A stretch of 64,000 bases of DNA from an uncultured Candidatus Saccharibacteria bacterium (lineage in GTDB: Bacteria > Patescibacteriota > Minisyncoccia > UBA6257 > 2-01-FULL-56-20). Where the stretch lies: NCBI GenBank assembly GCA_964456235.1, contig CAYWDX010000001.1, forward strand, positions 35,074 to 99,073, written 5' to 3'. The translations under genes were made by a program, and so were the position numbers. Positions 19,372 through 31,240 of this stretch are shown one piece after another (positions within the stretch are counted from its first letter, which is position 1; the number at the start of each line of letters is the position of its first letter). Below the pieces are notes generated by a model, which was not told the origin of the DNA, ran no database searches, and saw nothing but the letters and a program-made list of their open reading frames with translations.

Positions 19372-20108
19372 ATGGCGGCCGCGAGAAGGAAAATAATGTA
19401 GGCGGCGGCATAGGTGATCGCGAGCGTGACCGAGGCGCCGGGCGTCGCGACATTGTGGATGGCGAGATTGCGCGCATCAAATTTTTCGAGGTTGGGGAAA
19501 ATATAGTAGAAAATTTGCACGAGGAAAAGCTTGACGCCCGTAATCCCCGCCTGTTGCGCGTCGTTCACAAGCGAACTCACGACATGTCCGATGAAAAATA
19601 TTGCCGAGGTGTAAACGATCGAAAGAAGCGAGCTTGAAAAAGTTGAAACGAAAAGTGCGAACGCGAGGAAAAGCGCCATTTCGAGGTACTGCATGAAAAT
19701 TGCGGCGAGGCCGAGCGCGTCGAATCCCCCGTGTTCATAGGCGACGAGGCCCAGGTAAGCGACGCTCAAAATCGCAGTCGTCACAAGGATGACGAGGCAG
19801 AGGCCGAAGAATTTTCCAAGCAAAAATTGTGCGCGCGAAACCGGCTTCGACAGCACAAAGTAAACAATCTTGCGGTCAACGTCTCGAAAGAATGAGGTGG
19901 TGCCGAGGAAGAGCGCGATGATCGCGTTGAAAAAATAGATTCCGGTGAGCCCGAAACTTTTCACCATCGGGAGTTCTCGCAGGACAAGATCCGCAAGAAA
20001 AATTTCAAAGAAAATGTAGAGCAGCGCAAAAATGATGATCCCGTACAAAATCTTGTCGCGGATCTCGAGCTTCAGCGTATTTTTCGCAATGATCCAGATG
20101 CTTCGCAT
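19344..20108 (-). CDS. ABC-2 type transporter permease
   Basis: Six-TM hydrophobic profile typical of ABC-2 permeases, adjacent to an ABC ATPase. Confidence 0.7.
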   Translation of the reverse strand: MRSIWIIAKNTLKLEIRDKILYGIIIFALLYIFFEIFLADLVLRELPMVKSFGLTGIYFFNAIIALFLGTTSFFRDVDRKIVYFVLSKPVSRAQFLLGKFFGLCLVILVTTAILSVAYLGLVAYEHGGFDALGLAAIFMQYLEMALFLAFALFVSTFSSSLLSIVYTSAIFFIGHVVSSLVNDAQQAGITGVKLFLVQIFYYIFPNLEKFDARNLAIHNVATPGASVTLAITYAAAYIIFLLAAAIWIFNKKEI

Positions 20109-20117
20109 GCTATTTTT

Positions 20118-20855
20118 TTATTTGCCGTGTGTTGCAGCGCTCGCCGCTTCCACGGTTTCCATAAAACGTTCCTCAAGCGGTTTCCCGTGGCAAAATTCTT
20201 TGACTGACCCCGCATAGAGAAGTTTCCCTTCATGGATCACGCCGACTTCGTCGCAGGTTTCTTCAACGTCGTACAAAATATGCGTATTCAAAAATATTTT
20301 TCGCCCCTCTGATTTCAGCTCGCGGATCACCGTTTTCATTTCACGCCGGCCGATAGGATCCAAGCCGTCGAGCGGTTCATCGAGGAATAGATAGTGCGGA
20401 TCATTCACGAGCGCCTGGGCAAAACCGAGCCGCTGGCGCATCCCCTTTGAATAGGTGCGCACTTCCCGATTTTGCGCCTCGTAAATCCCCGTGCGCTTGA
20501 GAAGCGCCTCGTAGTGCGGCGCGCGAGTATGCATGCGGCCCGCAGCGCGGGCGGTGCCATCGAGCTCGTCGCAAAAGCGCAGAAATTCCATGCCCGTCAT
20601 GTGCTCGTAAAAATAAGGCGTCTCGGGCATGTAGCCAATCCGCCGCTTTGATGATTCTGTTGAGGACGGTGCGCCGTCGAGGACCACGCTGCCCGACGTT
20701 GGCGCGAGGAGTCCCACGATCATTTTCATGATCGTGGTTTTGCCCGCGCCGTTCTGGCCAAGGAAACCAAACACCGGCACGTCAACCGTGAGAGAAAAAT
20801 CATCGACGACGTTGCGCCGTTTATAGGTTTTCGTGAGATGCTTGATCTCGAGCAT
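20118..20855 (-). CDS. ABC transporter ATP-binding protein
   Basis: Walker A GQNGAGKTT, Walker B LFLDEP and H-loop. Confidence 0.85.
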   Translation of the reverse strand: MLEIKHLTKTYKRRNVVDDFSLTVDVPVFGFLGQNGAGKTTIMKMIVGLLAPTSGSVVLDGAPSSTESSKRRIGYMPETPYFYEHMTGMEFLRFCDELDGTARAAGRMHTRAPHYEALLKRTGIYEAQNREVRTYSKGMRQRLGFAQALVNDPHYLFLDEPLDGLDPIGRREMKTVIRELKSEGRKIFLNTHILYDVEETCDEVGVIHEGKLLYAGSVKEFCHGKPLEERFMETVEAASAATHGK

Positions 20856-20857
20856 CG

Positions 20858-21655
20858 CTAATACTCCGCGGGGACGCTCGCAAATTTCGTTTTCGCGACG
20901 ATCACGTGGTCGAGCACGCTGATGCCCATGATCTTCCCCGCTTCCACGATCTGCTTTGTAATTGCAACGTCCGCATCCGATGGCTTCGCCACGCCCGACG
21001 GGTGGTTGTGCACGAGAATTACGGCCGACGCTGAACGTTCGACCGCCGGTCGAAACACTTCGCGCGGGTGGATGATATTCGCCGTCACGCTCCCTACAGA
21101 AATCAGCTCGTCATGGATGAGCTGGTAATGGCTGTCGAGATACAGCCCGCGCAAGTGTTCTTTCGGAAGCTCGCGCATGTCTTTCACATATTCGTAAACC
21201 TGGCTCGCGGTCCGGAGCACGGGAGGACGCCGGCCGTCTTGGGTTTTAAAGAACCGGCGGCCGAGTTCAAACGTCGCGACAAGCTGGCACGCCTTCACAA
21301 GCGGAATTCCAAGCGACGCCTGAACTTTTTGAGGATCTTTTTGGCTCACAAGCGCATGTTCGCCGTATTCCTTAAGAATTCTTTTCGACATCCCGAGAAC
21401 TCCTTCCTTTTTTGTGCCGGGATTCAAGACAATGGTAATAAGCTCTGCCGCAGAGAGAGCGTCCGGACCATATTTTATCAGCTTCTCCCGCGGTTTTTCT
21501 TCCCGAGGTAAATCCCGCACGCGCAAAACATACTGTTTTTCATTCTTCGTCGCGATTCCCTCGTCTACCACAAAATCATTCGAGGTTTGCAGATACAAGC
21601 CGCCGCGCAAATCGGTTGTCGTGAGCATTGGTTTTGTTATTTTCTTTCGTTTCAT
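20858..21655 (-). CDS. radC: RadC-like JAB/MPN domain protein
   Basis: JAMM motif HNHPSG plus an N-terminal HhH region. Confidence 0.8.
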   Translation of the reverse strand: MKRKKITKPMLTTTDLRGGLYLQTSNDFVVDEGIATKNEKQYVLRVRDLPREEKPREKLIKYGPDALSAAELITIVLNPGTKKEGVLGMSKRILKEYGEHALVSQKDPQKVQASLGIPLVKACQLVATFELGRRFFKTQDGRRPPVLRTASQVYEYVKDMRELPKEHLRGLYLDSHYQLIHDELISVGSVTANIIHPREVFRPAVERSASAVILVHNHPSGVAKPSDADVAITKQIVEAGKIMGISVLDHVIVAKTKFASVPAEY

Positions 21656-21690
21656 TATAACAGATATTTCTTGCCTGCCGAGCGCCTCCC

Positions 21691-22455
21691 CTATGGGATG
21701 AAGATGACAAAGCGGGCCCCCTCGCCCACCTCGCTTTGGACGTCAATCGTGCCTCCATGGGCATGGATAATTTTGCTCGTGATATGAAGCCCGAGGCCGG
21801 TTCCCGCGGAGGAATCGTTTTTAATGCGGTAGTAGCGATCGAAAATGTATGGTAGATCGGCGGCTGGGATACCGGACCCCGTGTCGCGCACGATAATCTC
21901 GCATCCGGGCGCAATCATTTTGCCAGACAGCGTGATAGCGCCGCCGGCGTCGGTATGTTTGAGTGCGTTGCTGATCAAATTAAAGATGACTTCTTTGAGC
22001 TTGGTCCGGTCGGCCAAAATATTCCCGCGCCCGCTCGCCCACATGAGATGGACGCCGGCATTATCGGCGAGCGACACGCAGTCGTCGTGGACTTCGCGGA
22101 GCAGCTCATCGAGCTGAATCATCTCTTTATTGGGAATTTCATAAGCAAGGTCGAGCCTCGCGGCTCTGAGGAAATCGGCCACAAGCTGGCTCATTTGATC
22201 AGTGGTGGTGCCAACCGCCTTCAGTGCGGCGGCTCGATCGCCGGCCCGTTCGCCAGCTAAAATCTCCCAATTGCTTTTGAGGATCGCGATTGGTGTTTGC
22301 AGCTCGTGGGAAAGACTTATGAAGAATTCTGCCTCTGGCGTGGCGTGATAGAAGCGCGAATAAAATCGGGTAAGGAGTGAAAAAATGGCAGGCATGTGAA
22401 TACTCTGCCATACCCGAGTTAAAATCCCGTTAAAAGATTTATTAAGAACCCGCAA
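21691..22455 (-). CDS. Minimal sensor histidine kinase (DHp plus CA only)
   Basis: H-box SLSHELQTPI and N/G1/G2 boxes (NLISNALKH, DTGSGI, GTGLGL). No TM or sensor domain, and no response regulator nearby. Confidence 0.8.
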   Translation of the reverse strand: MRVLNKSFNGILTRVWQSIHMPAIFSLLTRFYSRFYHATPEAEFFISLSHELQTPIAILKSNWEILAGERAGDRAAALKAVGTTTDQMSQLVADFLRAARLDLAYEIPNKEMIQLDELLREVHDDCVSLADNAGVHLMWASGRGNILADRTKLKEVIFNLISNALKHTDAGGAITLSGKMIAPGCEIIVRDTGSGIPAADLPYIFDRYYRIKNDSSAGTGLGLHITSKIIHAHGGTIDVQSEVGEGARFVIFIP

Positions 22456-22471
22456 GAGTTCTCGTCCTTAC

Positions 22472-23455
22472 CTATTGCCGCGGGGCGATCAGTTTTTTGA
22501 ATTCCTCCACCATTGGGACTTGCTCGGCCTCAACGCCATAGAACTTGGCAGTGTGGTAGGCGATCCAGTCCGCGAGGGTAAGTGCGTTGAAGATTTTATG
22601 GAGCTCGGTTTTCCCCTGGAGAAGAACGATCTCCGACTTGAAGCCGCGGTCGCGATACAATTTTTCGAGAACGCTCATGCGCTTCGTTACGCGCGGATCG
22701 TCCGCGCCGTCTTTTAGGAACACGAAATGGAAATGGCGCGACAAGGGGCCGGTGCGGCCCTTGGCATCGAAGCCGGTCATTTCATTGTGATTCAATTCGG
22801 GGACGACGTTGTAAAACGCCGGGATCTTCCCCGTTTCGTTAAACTTGATCTTCCAGTTAGAGGCGGTCGTGGCGTTCCGGGATGAGGCGTAGATGACCGG
22901 CACCGAATCGTGCAGGCGTTTTGCGAGATCGCGCCCGCGGTGCTCTTCCCGCGCCGGGTGGAACTGGGTCGCCAGCTGCTTTGCCTCTGCAAGCCAGGCC
23001 TTCTCGCCCATCACCGCAAGGTGCGCGAGGAGCGAAAGGCCCGTCGCCATGCGCGGCTGCATGTGGAAATCGGGCATTTGCACGTAGGGCACTTTGAATT
23101 TCTGCGCGAGCGAGATCAACTTGCCACGCGCGGCGATCACCGCGAGTGTCACGTGCTTCGCGCGCGCCGCATGAAAGGCATCGATCGCTTCTTCGGTGTT
23201 GCCAGAATATGAGCTCACAATGACGAGGCGTTCCTTAAGGTCTTTGTCGCGCATCGTGGGCAAACCATAGGCGGCGTGCACGACGATGTCGAGCTCCGGA
23301 TGCCACGCTTTCAAAATGTCGGCCGCCAGATGCGACCCGCCCATGCCAGCCACCAAAAATTTGGTGAATTTTTTCTTCGCCAGCTTGTTTGTGTTTTCTA
23401 CTTTCGGCTCGTATTCAAACTGCCGGGCGTAGTTCTTGATGTCGTCGAGGATCAT
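22472..23455 (-). CDS. Bifunctional phosphoglucose/phosphomannose isomerase (SIS domain)
   Basis: SIS motifs VAGMGGSHLAADIL and SYSGNTEE with a PGI/PMI-family C-terminus. Confidence 0.7.
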   Translation of the reverse strand: MILDDIKNYARQFEYEPKVENTNKLAKKKFTKFLVAGMGGSHLAADILKAWHPELDIVVHAAYGLPTMRDKDLKERLVIVSSYSGNTEEAIDAFHAARAKHVTLAVIAARGKLISLAQKFKVPYVQMPDFHMQPRMATGLSLLAHLAVMGEKAWLAEAKQLATQFHPAREEHRGRDLAKRLHDSVPVIYASSRNATTASNWKIKFNETGKIPAFYNVVPELNHNEMTGFDAKGRTGPLSRHFHFVFLKDGADDPRVTKRMSVLEKLYRDRGFKSEIVLLQGKTELHKIFNALTLADWIAYHTAKFYGVEAEQVPMVEEFKKLIAPRQ

Positions 23456-23580
23456 GAACCATTATTCTACCATTGTTGCGGGTATGGGTCAAGAATGCCA
23501 TACTGAATAAAGCGGGCGCAAAGACGCCCGCACCTCAACCTCCGTTGGCCCGCTGGCATGGCTACTGGCGGGCCGTTTTT

Positions 23581-24171
23581 TTAGAGCTTCACGCCCCACG
23601 CCTCCTCGAGCGCTTTCAAATGTTCTGGCGAGTTTCGATGCAGATATTCCAAGACTTTCCCCCGAACCGGCTTCACCACCAAGCCGTGCCCTTCGGCAAA
23701 AGAAAAAACTTTCTTTTTGGCTGCTTCGATTTCGCTCTTGTCGGAAACCATCATTTCGATCTCGGCGATGGCAAACCCGAAATCAACCGTGTCGAAATCA
23801 ATAATGAAACTCTCGCGCCGGAACTTCTCGCGCGTGGTCGTCATCGTAACAAATGGATGATAACCGTGGGCGGGCAAAATATTTTGCAACGCGCCGCCAC
23901 CTGCAATATTTAATCTTTTTTTAATGTCTAATTCTTGCTCCAATTCTTCATATTGATTCGTTTCCACGTCGCGATTGACTTTGTCGGCAGGAATCTTGAG
24001 TTCAAACCGCCCATCGCGCGAGCGGAGCCACCAATCTTTTTTGGTTAGATCATAGTCGGCGTTGTCGTAGTAAACGTCGGTGAACGTTTTCATGCCAAGC
24101 GGCGTTGCGCCATCGATGAGCGCCGCACGCTCGGCGGCGTTCAGGATAAATTTCTTTTCGACTTCGATCAT
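23581..24171 (-). CDS. CYTH domain protein (CyaB/thiamine triphosphatase-like)
   Basis: EVEKKF signature at the N-terminus and a WLRSR...ELK pattern. Confidence 0.7.
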   Translation of the reverse strand: MIEVEKKFILNAAERAALIDGATPLGMKTFTDVYYDNADYDLTKKDWWLRSRDGRFELKIPADKVNRDVETNQYEELEQELDIKKRLNIAGGGALQNILPAHGYHPFVTMTTTREKFRRESFIIDFDTVDFGFAIAEIEMMVSDKSEIEAAKKKVFSFAEGHGLVVKPVRGKVLEYLHRNSPEHLKALEEAWGVKL

Positions 24172-25355
24172 GGCATTTTTCTTGCGGCGCCTTTCATTCG
24201 CATCGCCGTCTTTACCTTCTCTCCCGCAATCGCCATCGCGATCTCGCGCGGATTGCGTTTTTCAGCCTCGCTTTTCGAAAGAATCTCGCGGACCGTGCCC
24301 GTCACTTTTTCTTCGACCATGGCGAACATCTCGTCCGGCGTCATTCCTTTGTATTCTGCGTAAGAAGAAATTACGCCGCCGGCGTTGGCTACGATATCTG
24401 GAACTATGGTGATTCCGCGGCGCCACAATTCATCTTCAATTGGTTCGCGCATGGAAATATTCGCGCCTTCGACAATGATGCGAGCCTGAATGCGATCCTT
24501 ATTGCCCTCATTAATCACGTCGGTTACCGCGGCTGGAATTAAAATATCAACCGGCAGGTCGAAGAGCTTATCTTTTTCGAGGCGCTCCGCGCCCGGATAA
24601 TCGGCGACGGATTTGCCGCCTGCTTTAAGATCATGGAGCGTTTTTTCTTCAAGGCCACCCTTGGCATGCGCCGCTCCGCGACTATCAGAGACGGCAACAA
24701 TTTTTGCGCCCCACTCATTGAGAAAGTGGAAAGCGAATGTGCCGACATTGCCGAACCCCTCGATGGCCACTGTTGCGCCACGGAGGGGTATCTTTCGTAT
24801 TTCTGTCGCGATGCGAGCCGCATGCGCGACGCCGAGGCCGGTGCTGCCGAGCTCGTGGGGCAAACCGCACCGCGTCCCACTGCCGTCCGCGCGCGGGATG
24901 CAATAATTCGATGGCTTGCCGGTAGCAGATTCCCAGATGCCGGTCTCCTCCGCAAACCATTGCATTTCTTCCTCGCCGCTGTTCACGTCGGGGCCGGCGA
25001 TATATCTTTCTGGAATGTATTGCTTTAGCGCGCGGGCAAAGGCTTGAACTAAACGTTTCTTTTCTTCCTTTGCAATTCCCTTTTTTGTGACGATCCCCGC
25101 CTTCGCTCCGCCAAAGGGAATATCGGCCAGTGCATTTTTCCACGTCATGGTGCGCGCCAAACGAGCTACCTCATCTTCGGTAACGTCGGGCGTCATGCGG
25201 ATCCCGCCTTTTCCCGGGCCAAGCGCCGTGTTATCGATTACGAGAAAACCGATGAGTCCGGAGTTCGGCTCGTTTATGCGCGTCACTTCTTCCGGACCAA
25301 TGTTGTCTTTTTCAGTCATTGATTGTTGCGATCGCGCCATGATCGCGCAGGTCAT
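24168..25355 (-). CDS. gdh: Glu/Leu/Phe/Val dehydrogenase family (glutamate dehydrogenase)
   Basis: Catalytic GGAKAGI region and a GFGNVG Rossmann motif. Confidence 0.85.
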   Translation of the reverse strand: MTCAIMARSQQSMTEKDNIGPEEVTRINEPNSGLIGFLVIDNTALGPGKGGIRMTPDVTEDEVARLARTMTWKNALADIPFGGAKAGIVTKKGIAKEEKKRLVQAFARALKQYIPERYIAGPDVNSGEEEMQWFAEETGIWESATGKPSNYCIPRADGSGTRCGLPHELGSTGLGVAHAARIATEIRKIPLRGATVAIEGFGNVGTFAFHFLNEWGAKIVAVSDSRGAAHAKGGLEEKTLHDLKAGGKSVADYPGAERLEKDKLFDLPVDILIPAAVTDVINEGNKDRIQARIIVEGANISMREPIEDELWRRGITIVPDIVANAGGVISSYAEYKGMTPDEMFAMVEEKVTGTVREILSKSEAEKRNPREIAMAIAGEKVKTAMRMKGAARKMP

Positions 25356-25445
25356 TCCATTTTAGGATAATTTTAATCTTCCTCATACTTGACAAAATCT
25401 TCTGCCATGCTATAATGGACTTAGAAACTTAACCGGAGGTGATCG

Positions 25446-25757
25446 GTGAAGAAAGAGGAGATGGTAGACATCGCCTTTCTCTCATTCGTGGATGAGTACG
25501 AGAAGCAGAAGAACGAGGTCCGGGAAGGCACTCGGAAAGCAACTGACTGGCATGGGGCGATGAACGTCGCCATGGGGAAGCTCGGCTACATCCCTGAAGG
25601 CAGACTCTATCGGGAGATCTATCGCGCAGTCGCGAAGAGGTCTAGCGAGAGAGCCCAGGTTACCCTAGCGGCCCAGCGCAAAAAAGGCGCGCAGGCCAGC
25701 CAGGATTCGTCGGATGCGTTCCGGCGGCGCCCAGTGCAGGCACAACTACCCTTCTGA
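25446..25757 (+). CDS. Hypothetical small protein (103 aa)
   Basis: GTG start preceded by a GGAGG RBS and followed by an intrinsic terminator. No recognised family. Confidence 0.5.
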   Translation: MKKEEMVDIAFLSFVDEYEKQKNEVREGTRKATDWHGAMNVAMGKLGYIPEGRLYREIYRAVAKRSSERAQVTLAAQRKKGAQASQDSSDAFRRRPVQAQLPF

Positions 25758-25790
25758 CCATTCTCTCTGACGAGCAATGCAATTCCATAA

Positions 25791-25824
25791 CCCACCCGAA
25801 CACGGGTGGGATTCTTTTTTTATC
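25791..25824 (+). terminator. Intrinsic terminator
   Basis: cccacccg-aaca-cgggtggg hairpin followed by ATTCTTTTTTTAT. Confidence 0.7.
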
Positions 25825-25846
25825 GGCGCCTGCGGTGCGGTCTAAG

Positions 25847-26314
25847 CTACGGGGCGCTGCCGAATCTCACCGACACTCGGAGTTCGCCTGCATTCTGCGG
25901 CAGTCCGGAGGGATTATCTTTTTCAAACACGACGGCGCCCGTCGCATAGCGCGGCGTGCGGAAAGAAATCGTTGCGGCGAATGGAACCGTGCCGGTCGTC
26001 ATCCATGCGCCAGATCCGCCTTCGGCAGTCGCGTGGCCTTGGCCGATGATAGTCCCGTCCGCATCCAAAATTTTGATTGGGAAAGACGCCTCAAAGAACC
26101 ATCCTCCGCCGGTAACTGATCCGGCGAGCGTGACCGGCGAGGAGATGACGGCCCCCGCGGCCGGGGCGGTCACCGTAAGGTGCCTATCGGCCGATACAAT
26201 CGGTGCTGACCCAGAAGTGGTCGGGCCTTTTACTGATGGGACGAAAATCAAGACGCCCAAAAGAATAAGGATGATAACCGCAAGGGCGATGACGATGGTG
26301 CGCGCGATTTTCAT
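25847..26314 (-). CDS. Hypothetical membrane-anchored exported protein
   Basis: N-terminal TM anchor and a Gly/Thr-rich beta-type body. No recognised family. Confidence 0.5.
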   Translation of the reverse strand: MKIARTIVIALAVIILILLGVLIFVPSVKGPTTSGSAPIVSADRHLTVTAPAAGAVISSPVTLAGSVTGGGWFFEASFPIKILDADGTIIGQGHATAEGGSGAWMTTGTVPFAATISFRTPRYATGAVVFEKDNPSGLPQNAGELRVSVRFGSAP

Positions 26315-26353
26315 ATTTTTTTAATTAAAATTTTATAAAAGTGCCGCTTTTTC

Positions 26354-26620
26354 TCAAAACGCGCCTTCCTGTTTAAGAATTTTTAATTTCGCGGCGCGGC
26401 CGCGCGCATAGCCGCCCGGATCGCCATCCGACCGCACCACACGATGGCACGGCACGCGCTTCGTATCCGGATTGTTATGCATGATATTCCCAACCGCCCG
26501 GTAGGCGTGCGGACTCCCCGCTCGGCGCGCTACTTCTCGGTAGGTAAGCGTTTTCCCGCGCGGAATCTTTGCCACCACGTCGTAGACTTTTTCGGTGAAG
26601 GATTTTTGAATCGTGGCCAT
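26354..26620 (-). CDS. MGMT-family DNA-binding domain protein (Ogt C-terminal domain only)
   Basis: Active-site motif PCHRVV and a helix-turn-helix. The N-terminal domain is absent. Confidence 0.75.
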   Translation of the reverse strand: MATIQKSFTEKVYDVVAKIPRGKTLTYREVARRAGSPHAYRAVGNIMHNNPDTKRVPCHRVVRSDGDPGGYARGRAAKLKILKQEGAF

Positions 26621-26651
26621 AGGGAAACTTGATTAAAATTTAATGCGCGGA

Positions 26652-26903
26652 TTATTTTCCGGCCTCCTCTATTAAGCACCGGACCTCATTGCCGGAACGG
26701 ACTTCCAAAAATCCGGAACTCACCGGAATGTAGTTGGCTTTGCCCGCGTCATCAATAATCTTCATCGTGCCTGCGCGCAAAATAGAAATGAGCGGGCGGT
26801 GATGATTGAGCACGGTGATCTCGCCCATCGCGGTATTGCAATTTACTTCGCGGGCTTCGCCCCGGAACAAAACTTTTTGCAATGAGTAGATGCCGACGGT
26901 CAT
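26652..26903 (-). CDS. atpC: ATP synthase F1 epsilon subunit (short, beta-sandwich only)
   Basis: Position after atpD and N-terminal domain similarity. Confidence 0.8.
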   Translation of the reverse strand: MTVGIYSLQKVLFRGEAREVNCNTAMGEITVLNHHRPLISILRAGTMKIIDDAGKANYIPVSSGFLEVRSGNEVRCLIEEAGK

Positions 26904-26927
26904 GGTTATAAATCGCGCGGGACGAAA

Positions 26928-28319
<1,392 letters not shown>

Positions 28320-28331
28320 TTAATTAAAAAA

Positions 28332-29267
28332 TTATGAAAGCGCCTGGGCGCCTGACGTCACCTCGATCAGTTCGCGCGTGATCGCCGCCTGGCGCGATTT
28401 ATTGTACTCGACCGTGAGTCCCTCGGAAAGTTCTGACGCGTTGTCCGAGGCATTTTTCATCGCCACGCGCCGCGCCGAATGTTCAGAGGCGTTTGCTTCA
28501 AGAATGGCATGATAGAGACGCGTCCTCAAAAGTTGCGGCGCGAGCTCTTCGAGCACCTCCTGCGCCGACGGCTCGATGAGGCAGTCGCGCTCCCCGACCT
28601 CGAAAAATGATTCTGATTTTACATATTCGGAATACCGGCCGGCGCGCGGAATCGTTTCCTCAATCGTTTGTTTGATTGCGCCGTAGGTCACCGGCAAAAA
28701 TTCGCGGGCGACCGCATCTTGCCGAAGCGCCGTCACGAAGAGCGTGTAGAATACCATCACGCTATCGAAATCGCCGCGGACATATCCGTTCACCAAAAAA
28801 TTGGCAATCGGTTCCACTTCAGCACGCTCGGTGTAGTCGCCCACGCGGGTAAAACTCGTCACGACAGGCAACTTTTTTCGCTCCAGATAACTCTTTGCTT
28901 TTTGGCCGATGGCCACGTAAACGTTTGCTGGGTCGCGCATATTAATGTGGTGCTCTGCAACGAACGACTCGAATTTTCGAATCACCGCGCCATTGAACGA
29001 ACCGGCCAATCCCCGATCCGACGTCACGAGCACATGCAGCGTCTTTGCCACCGGGCGTGAGTGCATGATCGCGGGCATCGGCACGTTTGCGAGCTCCGAA
29101 AGGATTCCGAGAAGCTCAAGCGCGGCGTAGGAATAAGGGCGCGAGGCGAGCGCGAGCTCTTGGCTCCGCCGCATCTTGGTCGCCGCGACGAGCTCCATCG
29201 CCTTCGTGATCTGCCCGATATTTTGGACGCTCTTCATGCGCCGCTTGAGATTTTGCACTGATTCCAT
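28332..29267 (-). CDS. atpG: ATP synthase F1 gamma subunit
   Basis: Operon position and conserved N- and C-terminal helices. Confidence 0.85.
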   Translation of the reverse strand: MESVQNLKRRMKSVQNIGQITKAMELVAATKMRRSQELALASRPYSYAALELLGILSELANVPMPAIMHSRPVAKTLHVLVTSDRGLAGSFNGAVIRKFESFVAEHHINMRDPANVYVAIGQKAKSYLERKKLPVVTSFTRVGDYTERAEVEPIANFLVNGYVRGDFDSVMVFYTLFVTALRQDAVAREFLPVTYGAIKQTIEETIPRAGRYSEYVKSESFFEVGERDCLIEPSAQEVLEELAPQLLRTRLYHAILEANASEHSARRVAMKNASDNASELSEGLTVEYNKSRQAAITRELIEVTSGAQALS

Positions 29268-29268
29268 G

Positions 29269-30807
29269 TTATTTTGTTGGCGTGGGCGCCAGGAATTTAT
29301 GGATCGCCTCTTTTAATTTGGTTTCGGTCGTCTCCGGGAAGTCGCCGGATTCGCGGATGGGTTTCAGAATGTCGCCCGCGTGAAGCTTCTGCAAATATTC
29401 GCGCAAGCCATTTTCGGTTTTCTTGATGTCCTCGACCGCGATGTTCCCAAAATAATTATTGAGCACCGCGTAGAACACGCAGACCTGCTCTTCAAACGGG
29501 ATCGGAGCGAGGTCGTCCTGTTTTAATACTTCGTTAATCTTTTGTCCCTGCAAGATGCGCGCGCGCGTCGCTTCGTCCACGTCGGTCGCGAATTGCGCGA
29601 AGGCCTGGAGCTCGCGGAACTGGGCGTGGGCGAGGCGCAGTTTGCCCGCTACTTTCTTCATGGCTTTGGTTTGCGCGGCCGAGCCCACGCGCGAAACCGA
29701 AATGCCGACGTTCAACGCCGGGCGCAGGCCTTGGTAGAAGAGATCGCTTTCGAGATAGATCTGGCCGTCCGTGATCGAAATGATGTTGGTTGGAATGTAT
29801 GCGGTCACGTCGCCGAGTTGCGTTTCGACAATCGGGAGCGCGGTCAACGACCCGCCGCCTTTTTCTTTCGAGAGTTTTGCCGCTCGCTCCAAGAGACGCG
29901 AGTGCAAATAGAAGATGTCGCCCGGGTATGCCTCGCGGCCCGGCGGACGCCGGAGCAAAAGCGAAATCTGGCGGTATGCCCAGGCGTGCTTCGAAAGGTC
30001 GTCATAAATCACGAGGGCATCCTGCCCTTTGTCCCGGAAATACTCGCCGATCGCGCAGCCGGCGTATGGCGCGAGGTACCAGAGCGCGGCGGGCGATGAA
30101 GCGGACGCCGAGACGATGATGCTGTATTTGAGCGCGTCATATTTTTTGAGCGTCTCCGCGATCTTCACGATCTTCGATTCTTTTTGCCCGATCGCCACAT
30201 AAATGCAAATCGGCGTACGGCGTGACGCATCTTTTAATTGGCTCAGGATCGTGTCGAGGACGATTGCCGTTTTCCCCGTTTGGCGGTCGCCGATGATGAG
30301 CTCGCGCTGGCCGCGGCCGATCGGAATCATCGAGTCGATCGCTTTCACTCCCGTGTGCACCGGCGTGTTCACCGATTCGCGCTCCAAGACGGATGGGGCG
30401 CGGGCTTCGAGCGGATTGCGCACCGGCGCGGTTCCTGTTTTAAAAACTGACCCTTTACCGTCTTGCGGATTGCCGAGCGGATCAATCACGCGCCCGATGA
30501 GCTCCTCGCCCACGTCGATCGAGAGCACCTCGTTCGTGCGCTTCACCGTGTTGCCGACTTCGATCGCGAGGAAGTCGTCCAGCACAAGCGCGCCGATGGA
30601 TTCTTCTTCCAAACTCAAGGCGAGTGCCTTGCGCGGACCGTGCGAGGTTTCAATCATTAAAATTTCCTGGCTCACGGCATTGCGGAGGCCCAAAATTTTC
30701 ACAATGCCGTCGCCCACTTCAAGCACGCGGCCGACCTCGGCCCATGCGGCCTTGTCTTTATATCCTTCGATCTCGCGTTTTAATTTTTCGATAATTTCGT
30801 ATGCCAC
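29269..30807 (-). CDS. atpA: ATP synthase F1 alpha subunit
   Basis: P-loop GDRQTGKT and the alpha-subunit signature. Confidence 0.95.
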   Translation of the reverse strand: MAYEIIEKLKREIEGYKDKAAWAEVGRVLEVGDGIVKILGLRNAVSQEILMIETSHGPRKALALSLEEESIGALVLDDFLAIEVGNTVKRTNEVLSIDVGEELIGRVIDPLGNPQDGKGSVFKTGTAPVRNPLEARAPSVLERESVNTPVHTGVKAIDSMIPIGRGQRELIIGDRQTGKTAIVLDTILSQLKDASRRTPICIYVAIGQKESKIVKIAETLKKYDALKYSIIVSASASSPAALWYLAPYAGCAIGEYFRDKGQDALVIYDDLSKHAWAYRQISLLLRRPPGREAYPGDIFYLHSRLLERAAKLSKEKGGGSLTALPIVETQLGDVTAYIPTNIISITDGQIYLESDLFYQGLRPALNVGISVSRVGSAAQTKAMKKVAGKLRLAHAQFRELQAFAQFATDVDEATRARILQGQKINEVLKQDDLAPIPFEEQVCVFYAVLNNYFGNIAVEDIKKTENGLREYLQKLHAGDILKPIRESGDFPETTETKLKEAIHKFLAPTPTK

Positions 30808-30824
30808 GGTGCTTTTAATGAAAA

Positions 30825-31208
30825 TTATTCCCCTTCTCCAAAAATATGGTCGAGTTTTTGCTTGAGGGTCCCGTCGAACATGGTTTCGTCATTCACGAGG
30901 ACCCGCACGCCCGCGACGATTTCAGGGACGATCCGCTCTTGCACCACATCGCCCGATTTCACGAACGAATCCAGCATTTTCTTTTGCTTCGCGGTGAGCG
31001 GCCGCGCGCTTTCCACGACCACCTTTCGGATTCCCTCGGCCCCGCGCGCGAAGCGCGCGGCTTCTTCTATTATTTTCTGGGCATGGACTTCGTCGCCGTT
31101 TTTCTGGAGGAGCGCAAAGAATTGTTTTGCAATCTTCCCCGCATCCGCCTGCGGATCGGTGATCGCTTCAGACAGTGCCTTTGCATAAATGTTTGCTGGG
31201 TATCTCAT
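30825..31208 (-). CDS. atpH: ATP synthase delta (OSCP) subunit, short
   Basis: Position between atpF and atpA; helical N-terminal domain. Confidence 0.7.
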   Translation of the reverse strand: MRYPANIYAKALSEAITDPQADAGKIAKQFFALLQKNGDEVHAQKIIEEAARFARGAEGIRKVVVESARPLTAKQKKMLDSFVKSGDVVQERIVPEIVAGVRVLVNDETMFDGTLKQKLDHIFGEGE

Positions 31209-31240
31209 GTCGGATATCTCGTGCCGTCACGCATTGGTCT

